Origin: Patescibacteria group bacterium
GTDB taxonomy: Bacteria > Patescibacteriota > Minisyncoccia > UBA6257 > GWB1-50-10
DNA: 42,008 bases
Assembly: GCA_038064775.1 (NCBI GenBank)
Contig: JBBTSG010000014.1
Span: forward strand, 26,708 to 68,715
Direction: 5' to 3'
A program made the position numbers and the translations under genes. This document shows positions 27,687 through 35,390 of the stretch, piece after piece. Position 1 is the stretch's first letter; each line of letters begins with the position of its first letter. Under the pieces are notes generated by a model that was not told the origin of the DNA, made no database searches, and saw only the letters and a list, made by a program, of their open reading frames with translations.

Positions 27687-27926
27687 ATGTATTACGTTTA
27701 TTTGATTCAATGTGAGGATAAAAGCATATACACTGGTATTACCAATAATCTAGAAAGAAGATTCAAGGAACATAAAGGTAAAATTGGCGGACACTATACA
27801 GCATCTCATAAAGTTGAAAGGATTATTCACACGGAAGAATTTGAAACTAAAAGCGAGGCATTAAAACGGGAATCACAAATCAAAGGTTGGCGCAGGGAGA
27901 AGAAGTTAGCTTTAATTGGTAAATAA
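27687..27926 (+). CDS. Stand-alone GIY-YIG nuclease (UPF0213/YhbQ-like)
   Basis: MYYVYLIQC...IYTGITNNLERRFKEH...EALKRESQIKGWRREKK; start moved to ATG 27687. Confidence 0.92.
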   Translation: MYYVYLIQCEDKSIYTGITNNLERRFKEHKGKIGGHYTASHKVERIIHTEEFETKSEALKRESQIKGWRREKKLALIGK

Positions 27927-27957
27927 GTCATCCCGCTCGGGGAGCGTCTGAATATCC

Positions 27958-28404
27958 ATGAAAAAAGTAAAGACAAAAAGAAATCCAGTTATTGCACTTC
28001 AGCTCTCTTTAAGATTTGCAAAGGAATACTTAAAAATTCTTTGTGAAATGAGAAAAAAGCATACCACTGCTGAAATTCAATTATAAAAAGAACTCACAAT
28101 CATTCACCGAGCATTGTGGACTTCGTTAATTATTGAGATAGGACGTCTATTCGATCCTTATAAAGGAAAAAATAAAAAGATTATTTCATTAAAGAAAATA
28201 AAAACTTTTAAAGAAATGATAGACAATGTTCATGGCGAAGCAATCATATGTAAAATAATTAACACGAGAAATACGTTTACAGCTCATTGGGCAGAAGAAG
28301 GAAGTAACCCTATTGCAGTCACTGAGATATGTAATTCAAAACTAGGAAAATTACTTGATGAACTAAATAAATTATCAATCACTACTGATATGATAAAACT
28401 ATGA
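27958..28404 (+). pseudogene. HEPN (AbiU2-like) domain gene interrupted by an in-frame TAA at 28084
   Basis: ATG 27958 is in frame with ORF 28114..28404; LIIEIGRLFD...ISL...RNTFTAH (R-X5-H). Confidence 0.6.
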
Positions 28405-28550
28405 AACCAAAAGATTATTTATGGCTGTTAATTCCCCTTGGAATTATTGTGCTTATTATTCTTTCCGTTCTCTTTGTGCCTGCAGAAAAATATGACCCAG
28501 ATTTCGATCCTAGAATTGAAAATTGTGGGCCAGGTGGCACGCCATGCTAA
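28401..28550 (+). CDS. Small single-TM protein (49 aa)
   Basis: MKPKDYLWLLIPLGIIVLIILSVLFVPAEKYDPDFDPRIENCGPGGTPC; ATGA overlap with the upstream stop. Confidence 0.6.
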   Translation: MKPKDYLWLLIPLGIIVLIILSVLFVPAEKYDPDFDPRIENCGPGGTPC

Positions 28551-28682
28551 TCTAGAGCGCTCGAGACATGTCGTTCTAGTAAGGTCGGGACGACCTCCTA
28601 AAACCCTTACTGGACTTGACAGTCCAATGGTTCTACCTCAAAACGGTCAGTCAAAAAAATAAGGTCAATAAATAGAGCATAT

Positions 28683-28711
28683 TTGACAATTTGTTTTAAG
28701 TATGCTACACT
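28683..28711 (+). promoter_or_regulatory. Sigma70 promoter
   Basis: TTGACA-17-TACACT with extended -10 TG. Confidence 0.65.
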
Positions 28712-28767
28712 TTAAACTAGCTCATAACTAATAAATTAGTTCTTGAAAATTTCATAAAGGAGAGATT

Positions 28768-28974
28768 ATGGCCGCGCCAAGTTGCTCCAAATGTCATTTA
28801 ACAATGCGGGAAGTAAAAACAACAAAGAAATACGTGAAATATGAATGTCCGGAAGAATGCGGAAATACGCTAACAATACAAAAGAAAAAAGATCCCGTGT
28901 TCGAAAAACCCAAGCCCGCGACTTTGTTTTCACAAACACTGCCCCCTCCAAAAGAACCAGATCTATTTTCTTAA
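28768..28974 (+). CDS. Small Zn-ribbon hypothetical protein
   Basis: CSKC...CPEEC, AAAGGAG SD, own promoter and terminator (28990-29017). Confidence 0.7.
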   Translation: MAAPSCSKCHLTMREVKTTKKYVKYECPEECGNTLTIQKKKDPVFEKPKPATLFSQTLPPPKEPDLFS

Positions 28975-29059
28975 AACAGTTTTTATAAGAAACCGCCCTT
29001 AATTTTGGGCGGTTTTTATATATTGTGATAAAAATATTTTCGAAATATAATTAACACAA

Positions 29060-29374
29060 ATGAAAATTTCTCAAAAACTAATCCCTTTCCTAGAAGTAGC
29101 TGGCCTTACTTTTTATGTGAGCATATTTGCCATTTCTGTCCAAACCGCCGGTTCTATTTTGCCGCCAATTCCAGAACCGATTATTCCAATGATTATCTTC
29201 CTACTCCTTTTTGTTTTTTCGGCAATAATCTGTAGCGCTTTAATGCTCGGCTATCCGATTTATCTTTTTTTCGATAACCGCAAGCAAGAGGCAGTAAAAA
29301 TTTTAATTCAAAGCGTTATTTGGCTTGCGATATTTTTTATTATTTTTGTTTCGCTCATCATACTTACAAAATAG
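29060..29374 (+). CDS. Hypothetical 3-TM membrane protein
   Basis: LLLFVFSAIIC..L.LGYP pattern; -10 box just upstream. Confidence 0.75.
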   Translation: MKISQKLIPFLEVAGLTFYVSIFAISVQTAGSILPPIPEPIIPMIIFLLLFVFSAIICSALMLGYPIYLFFDNRKQEAVKILIQSVIWLAIFFIIFVSLIILTK

Positions 29375-29392
29375 TTAACCATAGAAATAAGA

Positions 29393-29425
29393 AAAACCAC
29401 CCTGAGTTTATCGAAGGGTGGTTTT
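29393..29425. repeat. Family-A hairpin forming a bidirectional terminator
   Basis: AAAACCACCCTGAGTTTATCGAAGGGTGGTTTT; the 19-nt core is identical to 8453-8471. Confidence 0.85.
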
Positions 29426-29431
29426 AAAATT

Positions 29432-30622
29432 TTACCGTTTTAAGTTTCGCGCTACTTCCAAGGCTTTAAAAAGCTGAACGTCTTGCGGGTTCTTTGTCTG
29501 ATCGTTTAATGGCAAGATCTTAAAATCTAGTTTTAAGCCTACGCCCTTAACAGAAATTCGATTGGGTGTTAACCAACGATTGGTAGTAAGAGTGATCCTC
29601 GAGCTGTCAGGCATTAAAAAACAGGTTTGAATTAAATTCTTGCCAAAAGTTTCTTCGCCGACAGTAACCGCCAAATCATAATCCTTTAGAGCGCCGATCA
29701 CCATTTCTGAAGCGGAAGCAGTTCCTTTGTTAACTAAAAATACCTCCTGTCGGTCTCGAAGCGGAGCAAAAAATTTTCTTGTTTCAACTTTCACAATCTT
29801 TTCACTATCACGCCCCAATTCAAAATAAATGGTCTCCCCTCTCGGAAGCCAAAGAGAGATAAAACGATCAGCTGAAATAACAGGTCCGCCGCCATTATTT
29901 CTAAAATCAAAAACAAATCTGGCTTTCGGAAAATAATTCATAACATCATAAACAAAAGATTCGATAGTATCAATATTCCTTTGCTCAAAATTCGGCAAAG
30001 ACAAAACAAAAATACTATCTTCAAAAATCTGGCATTTAAACTCGTCTTTTTCAATGCGCCAAAAACTTCTCCTCAAGGAAAGTTTTTGTTTTTTATGATT
30101 TCTCGTCTTCAAAACTTCAAGAGAAACTAAAGAATTAAGAGGGCCGGCAAGCGCGGTTATCGCCTCTCCTTTTAGCATTCCTTTTGTTTTTGCGCCGTCA
30201 ATTGAATAAATTTTATAACCAACTTCTAAACGGGCTTCGTCGGCAGAGCTTTTATCTTGAACGTTAGTAATAATCAAACAACTATCGGCGGTTTCTATTT
30301 CAATACCAATCAAACCAACCGTATCAGTAAAAAATATATGGTTATAGTACCAAAATTCTTTAGCGGTCAAAAAATTTGAGTACGGGTCATGAAGGGCAGA
30401 AACCATGCCTTTTAGGGCGGCGTGAACAAGTTTTTCCTGATCTGGCACGTCAGCGTAAAACTGGCTGTTAATTAAAATTTCGCCAATTCTCAGGTAAGCT
30501 AGCTCCCTGAAAAATTCGGAATCGTTAAAAAATTTCTCGCTTTTCGCGCTTTTCGTTTGGGCCTCCCCTACTCTAGGTAAAAACCAAAACAAGCATAAAA
30601 CTAAAATGACTGTCCTTTTCAT
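29432..30622 (-). CDS. Second, divergent S41 carboxyl-terminal protease with cleavable signal peptide
   Basis: HDPYS, IGIE PDZ, DFRNNGGG, TASASEM, TFGK. Confidence 0.85.
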   Translation of the reverse strand: MKRTVILVLCLFWFLPRVGEAQTKSAKSEKFFNDSEFFRELAYLRIGEILINSQFYADVPDQEKLVHAALKGMVSALHDPYSNFLTAKEFWYYNHIFFTDTVGLIGIEIETADSCLIITNVQDKSSADEARLEVGYKIYSIDGAKTKGMLKGEAITALAGPLNSLVSLEVLKTRNHKKQKLSLRRSFWRIEKDEFKCQIFEDSIFVLSLPNFEQRNIDTIESFVYDVMNYFPKARFVFDFRNNGGGPVISADRFISLWLPRGETIYFELGRDSEKIVKVETRKFFAPLRDRQEVFLVNKGTASASEMVIGALKDYDLAVTVGEETFGKNLIQTCFLMPDSSRITLTTNRWLTPNRISVKGVGLKLDFKILPLNDQTKNPQDVQLFKALEVARNLKR

Positions 30623-30700
30623 ATCGGTAAATCCTTTCTTCTTAATGATTTATTTGTGAAAGATAACTGATGTTGATTATAAATCTTTTAAGTAAAAAAT

Positions 30701-31050
30701 AAAAACCCCCAAGCGTTATAGCCGCGGGGGTTTGTTTTTTGGACACTACTAACTTTATTTAAAATACCAACAACTACCCTTTACGAAGATAGGTACGGCT
30801 CTATAGCTAAGACAGTTTTAAGGAAAGGCAGGTGTAAAGGTTTTTTTCTACGAAACTTCTTGATTAATGTAGAAAGTAGTTTGTTGGTTCCAAAATTCAG
30901 TTTTCCTACCGTTGCTTGTAAATAGGGCTGAAATTGGATTTTACGAGCGCAGGAGTTAGGCGCTCACTGCTTCCGACCGTCGTCCACAAAGCGATGGTTA
31001 AACTGCTTAGAACCGACCTTAAAAACAAGAAAAGATAGCGATAAATTGCT
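30701..31050. ncRNA. Candidate large structured ncRNA (about 250-350 nt)
   Basis: ORF-free region with six helices including a three-way junction; minus-strand TTGACA-16-TATAAT at 31057-31084; terminator at 30701-30740. Confidence 0.5.
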
Positions 31051-31164
31051 AAAAGCATTATAAGACATGATTAACGCCTGTCAAGAACAAATTTTGCTTA
31101 TTCAATTTTGTATAATAAATAGGTAAGAAAAAGGTCGGTTGATTAAAAATTCTTAAATTCCAAC

Positions 31165-31389
31165 ATGAAAGAACTTCATAAGGTTTCGTTTATACTCCTT
31201 GTAATCGGCGGCTTGAACTGGTTGTTGGTTGGTCTTTTTTCTTGGGACATCGGCGTGATTTTTGGCGGCCAAGACGCGGGCCTCTCAAGAATCATATACG
31301 TGCTGGTTGGTCTCTCGACAATCTACTTGCTCACAACGCACAAGAAAGATTGTCGTTACTGCATGTCCTCAATGGATATGCCTAAGTAA
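31165..31389 (+). CDS. DUF378 family membrane protein
   Basis: LLVIGGLNWLLVGLF...SRIIYVLVGLS. Confidence 0.9.
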   Translation: MKELHKVSFILLVIGGLNWLLVGLFSWDIGVIFGGQDAGLSRIIYVLVGLSTIYLLTTHKKDCRYCMSSMDMPK

Positions 31390-31472
31390 GATAACTTAAT
31401 AGAAAAAATCAAAAACGGTCTACTTTAAAAGAAGTAGGCTGTTTTTGTTTACGCTATAATTAAAGAGCTTTT

Positions 31473-32315
31473 ATGGATAAGAAAATAAAATCGATAAATT
31501 TTTTCTACCGATCGGAAAATAAAAAAGCGGTTTTTTGGAAAAAGAAGATCATACTTTGGCTTAAAAAGAATTATCCTCTCTTAAAAGTTACCAATAAAAA
31601 ACCGGGCGCAATAATCGTTCTTGGGGGCGACGGCACGGTACTCACCGCAACAAGGCATTACCAAAAATTAAACACCTTAATCTTAGGGTTGAATCTTGGT
31701 CAAGTAGGTTTTTTGACTGCCGTCCGTGAAGAGAAAAACTTTTTCCCGGCGCTTGAAAAATTTCTTAAAGGAGATTATTTAATAGTTGAGAAAATGACTT
31801 TACAAGCAAAAATTAAACGCAACAAAAAAATAATTTTTGAAACTTTTGCTTTAAATGATATTGTCGTAACTAATCCTTTAGGACTCGTGAAAATTGAGGT
31901 AATGATTACGGGCTATCCTTTTCAACACGTTCAAGGCACTGGCATTCTGGTTGCAACACCTACTGGTTCCACCGCTTATAATCTTTCCGCTCACGGTCCG
32001 ATTGTCTCTCCTGATATTAATTGCCTCATCGTTACTGAAATTCTTGATCATAATATCCCAACACCAAGCATCGTGCTTAAACCCGAAGAAACGGTCAGTT
32101 TAAAAATTTCAAGTTTCCGCGAACATAACCTGCTTGCAATGAAAAGCACCGGTAAAAAGGCGGAAGTAATAATGGTTGCGGATGGGCAAAAGATTTTCCC
32201 GCTTGTTGCAAAAGACGTTATTCAAATTTCCCGCTTACCCTATTCCGTTAAATTTGCCGAAATAGAAGAAAAATACTTTTTGAAAAGCCTTCGAGAAAAA
32301 TTTGCTTTCGATTAA
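31473..32315 (+). CDS. nadK: NAD kinase
   Basis: LGGDGT, GLNLGQVGFL, ALND, ATPTGSTAYNLSAHGP. Confidence 0.93.
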   Translation: MDKKIKSINFFYRSENKKAVFWKKKIILWLKKNYPLLKVTNKKPGAIIVLGGDGTVLTATRHYQKLNTLILGLNLGQVGFLTAVREEKNFFPALEKFLKGDYLIVEKMTLQAKIKRNKKIIFETFALNDIVVTNPLGLVKIEVMITGYPFQHVQGTGILVATPTGSTAYNLSAHGPIVSPDINCLIVTEILDHNIPTPSIVLKPEETVSLKISSFREHNLLAMKSTGKKAEVIMVADGQKIFPLVAKDVIQISRLPYSVKFAEIEEKYFLKSLREKFAFD

Positions 32316-32317
32316 AT

Positions 32318-33226
32318 TTAGGTTCGTAAGTAACGGCGGATAGCGAAAATACCAGAAACAATGCCTAATCCAGCGCAGAAAAGAAACTGATAAAAGAAAA
32401 GTGAATAAATGTTGTCTTGAAAATAAGCTTTAAGATTAACATCCGGAATAAACTGATAAATATGAGGCGAAATAAAATTAATAATCGGCCAAAGAGCAAT
32501 GAAACTAATAATGGCTGAAATCACGCCATAGACAGCTCCTTCAAAAATATATGGACCGCGAATAAAACTATTTGAAGCGCCAACCAATCGCATGATATTA
32601 ATTTGTTCGCTGTTTGAAAAAATAGCGAGCCGAATAGTGTTGAAAGTTACCGTGACGGCAAGAAAAGACAGAAAAACCGTGAGCACCAAACCGGTTTTTT
32701 TCATTGTGTCCACAAGTCCGACTAGCCGGTCAATTACCACTTGATTTTGAGCGTAAGTAACTTTTTCGGTCTGATTTTTAATATCTGCCGCTTCAAGATA
32801 ATTTGCTATCGCTTCGTATTCATGAGGATCGCGCGCTTTAATATTTAACGCTGGTAATAATGGATTAACGTCTAGTTGTTCCAAGGTTTGAGTAATTGTT
32901 TCTTCGTTCGCGTGGCGAGCTTTAAAATCAGCTAACGCCTGATCTTGAGAAACGTAATCCACTATTTTTACTTCTGATAGTCCCTCGAGTGACTTTTTAA
33001 TGCTCAAAATCGTGTCTTCGGAAATATTGCTTTTGAAATAAACGCTTATGTCAATTTTTTCCTGAATTGATTGAACGGTATTTTGGCCGGCAATATTAAA
33101 TAAAATCAATCCGCCAAAAACAAAAGCCGCCAAAATCATAATGCTAATTGTGGAGACAGAGAGCCAACCATTACGTAAAAATCCCTGCCAACCATATTTA
33201 ATAATTCTAGAAAGAGTTACCATCAT
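32318..33226 (-). CDS. ftsX: Cell division permease FtsX
   Basis: NTIRLAI...IMRLVGASNSFIRGPYIFEG; follows ftsE. Confidence 0.93.
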   Translation of the reverse strand: MMVTLSRIIKYGWQGFLRNGWLSVSTISIMILAAFVFGGLILFNIAGQNTVQSIQEKIDISVYFKSNISEDTILSIKKSLEGLSEVKIVDYVSQDQALADFKARHANEETITQTLEQLDVNPLLPALNIKARDPHEYEAIANYLEAADIKNQTEKVTYAQNQVVIDRLVGLVDTMKKTGLVLTVFLSFLAVTVTFNTIRLAIFSNSEQINIMRLVGASNSFIRGPYIFEGAVYGVISAIISFIALWPIINFISPHIYQFIPDVNLKAYFQDNIYSLFFYQFLFCAGLGIVSGIFAIRRYLRT

Positions 33227-33232
33227 ATAATT

Positions 33233-33916
33233 TTAACCGATAATAAACCGGCCGTTTTGTTCGTCTTTAACGACTTTTCCGTCTTCTAAGGTGATTACCC
33301 GCTCGCCGAGAGTATTTACAATTTCCTTGTCGTGAGTGGCAAGAATAACCGTGCTGCCAAGCTCGTTAATTTTATTTAAAAGTTTTATTACTTCCCAAGT
33401 GTTAAAAGGGTCAAGATTGCCAGTTGGTTCGTCCGCGATTAAAACTTCCGGCCGATTGACCATTGCCCGCGCGATCGCCACCCGCTGTTTTTCGCCGCCA
33501 GATAGTTCGGCTGGAAAATTTAAAATTTTATCTTTAAGGCCAACCATGTCTAACACTTGCGGCACGAATTCATTGATTTCGTTTTGCGGCCGACCGGCCA
33601 CTTCAAGCGCGAAGGCGATATTTTCAAAAACCGTTTTTCGTGAAAGTAAACGAAAATCCTGAAAAATCACGCCAATGTGGCGGCGAAATTCCGGCATTTC
33701 CCGGTGTTTTAATTTATTGATTTCGTAAGTGTTGAAAAAAATTTGGCCTTTAGTGGGCTGTTCTTCGCCAATTAAAAGCTTTACCACGGTTGACTTGCCC
33801 GCTCCTGATCGGCCGACAATCGAGACAAACTCGCCTGGCTGGACCTTAAAACTTACTTTGTCGAGCGCAACGGCGTTATGACTGTACGTTTTGGTAACGT
33901 TTTGAAAAATTATCAT
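33233..33916 (-). CDS. ftsE: Cell division ATP-binding protein FtsE
   Basis: GRSGAGKST, FQDFRLL, LSGGEKQR, ADEPTGNLD. Confidence 0.95.
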   Translation of the reverse strand: MIIFQNVTKTYSHNAVALDKVSFKVQPGEFVSIVGRSGAGKSTVVKLLIGEEQPTKGQIFFNTYEINKLKHREMPEFRRHIGVIFQDFRLLSRKTVFENIAFALEVAGRPQNEINEFVPQVLDMVGLKDKILNFPAELSGGEKQRVAIARAMVNRPEVLIADEPTGNLDPFNTWEVIKLLNKINELGSTVILATHDKEIVNTLGERVITLEDGKVVKDEQNGRFIIG

Positions 33917-33990
33917 GTTCTACTAATATAGATTATATCCGAATCTACGAATGCCTACGAATAAAATTCGTAGTAATTTGTAGGTTTATT

Positions 33991-34689
33991 TTACCTTTTT
34001 TTGATCAATAAATCCAGATTCCCCTCTAAAACCTCTTCTACTTTCGATATTTTTTCACCAGTAAGGTGATTTTTCACTTGTTTATAAGGATGTAAAACGT
34101 AAGAACGGATTTCATGACCCCATTCAGGCGCCACTCGCGTTCGCATATTAGAAATTTCTTTTTCGTGCTTTTCTTCCATCAATTTTATAAGCTTTGCTTT
34201 CAAAAGGTTTAATGCGCGTTCGCGGTTAAGCGCTTGTGACCGCTCAACTTGGGAAGCAGAAACAATGCCGGTCGGTAAATGAATTGCTCTTACTGCCGTT
34301 TCCACTTTGTTTACGTTTTGACCGCCCGGGCCGCCAGAACGATAAAATTCAACCTTCAAATCCTTTTCTGGAATATTAATATGCGCCGCTTCCACTGCCG
34401 GTAATTCCGGTAAAACATCAACGAGCGCGAAAGAAGTGTGCCTTAACTTTTTAGCGTCAAATGGCGAAATACGCACCAAGCGATGCACGCCAGATTCTTC
34501 TTTGAGCCGATTATAAACACCTTCTCCGCGAATTTCTATCGTGGAATCGTTAATAGTTATTAGTTTCCAGTTCTTTGTTGCCGCGTAGCGGCTGTACATC
34601 CGCAAAAGCATTTTTGCCCAATCTTTAGCGTCATCGCCTCCCGCACCCGCGAGAACAGAGATTGTTACGATATTAGGATTAAAATTCAT
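33991..34689 (-). CDS. prfB: Peptide chain release factor 2 lacking N-terminal domain 1
   Basis: GAGG..A.DWA.ML.RMY, GVHRLVRISPFD (SPF), RHTSFA, GGQ, IRSYVLHPY; only 232 aa. Confidence 0.85.
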   Translation of the reverse strand: MNFNPNIVTISVLAGAGGDDAKDWAKMLLRMYSRYAATKNWKLITINDSTIEIRGEGVYNRLKEESGVHRLVRISPFDAKKLRHTSFALVDVLPELPAVEAAHINIPEKDLKVEFYRSGGPGGQNVNKVETAVRAIHLPTGIVSASQVERSQALNRERALNLLKAKLIKLMEEKHEKEISNMRTRVAPEWGHEIRSYVLHPYKQVKNHLTGEKISKVEEVLEGNLDLLIKKR

Positions 34690-35317
34690 ATTCTTTCCCG
34701 ATTTCGAGTGATATGAATTGAATACCTAAAGGTGGCAATACTTGAGCAGGAATCCTATCCGTTGAACCGATGTTTTTCAAAATTCCATCGTGGACAGGAA
34801 AACATGATTTTGGTTTCAACTGTTTCGCATAATTTACGGCCTCTGATAATTTCATCCATGGACCAGCAACCGGCAAAGCAAGTACTTCAATCTCTTTACC
34901 AGGATTTATAAAAGCATCTCCTGGATAGAAAAGTTTTCTTGAAATGAAATATCCGGTATTATCTACACGCATAAGATTTTCATACATCTCGGCGTGTTTC
35001 TCACCAAAACCCTCAAAAAGAATTTCTCTTACGTTTTTGTTTTGATTGTGTAAAAGTAATTCGTATTGAATCTGTGCTTTTTCTAAAAGCACGCCTACTC
35101 CTTTATTGGTAAATATTTTTGCGTTCGGGTTATTCTGCAAAACAACCTTGAGCGATTCTACATGAAGATGGTCTGTGTGTTCATGAGTAATTAAAATCAC
35201 ATCAATATTTTTGATGCTTTTTTGTTCTTCGACCGTGTATGAACCGGGATCGGTCAAGATCCGCAATCGTTTTTCTTCAATTAACAGGCAACAATGCCCT
35301 AATTTTATTATTTTCAT
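34679..35317 (-). CDS. MBL-fold metallo-hydrolase
   Basis: LGHCC, TDPG, THEHTDH, YPGD, PVHD. Confidence 0.9.
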   Translation of the reverse strand: MKIIKLGHCCLLIEEKRLRILTDPGSYTVEEQKSIKNIDVILITHEHTDHLHVESLKVVLQNNPNAKIFTNKGVGVLLEKAQIQYELLLHNQNKNVREILFEGFGEKHAEMYENLMRVDNTGYFISRKLFYPGDAFINPGKEIEVLALPVAGPWMKLSEAVNYAKQLKPKSCFPVHDGILKNIGSTDRIPAQVLPPLGIQFISLEIGKEYEF

Positions 35318-35318
35318 G

Positions 35319-35390
35319 AGCCGGAGGCGAGAATTGAACTCGCGGCCTGCTGTTTACGAAACAGCTGCTCTACCACTGAGCTACTCCGGC
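35319..35390 (-). tRNA. tRNA-Thr(CGT)
   Basis: GCCGGAG-TAGCTCAGTGGTAGAGC, GCTGT-TT-CGT-AA-ACAGC, GAGTTCAATTCTC, CTCCGGC-T; CCA not encoded. Confidence 0.95.

Noticed and set aside
27936-27953. CGGGGAGCGTCTGAAT as a duplicated tRNA-Gln 5' fragment (att site)
   Set aside because: Too short and mismatched to distinguish from chance
28084-28086. Stop-codon reassignment to explain the in-frame stop
   Set aside because: The codon is TAA, which ends many genes here; TGA also acts as a stop, so the standard code applies
28438-28662. 74-aa ORF in the track
   Set aside because: TTG start with no RBS; the overlapping 49-aa TM ORF coupled to the upstream gene is more plausible
34690-35317. Upstream ORF as the first part of a frameshifted prfB
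   Set aside because: It is a complete MBL-fold hydrolase with no RF2 similarity or CTT-TGA shift site
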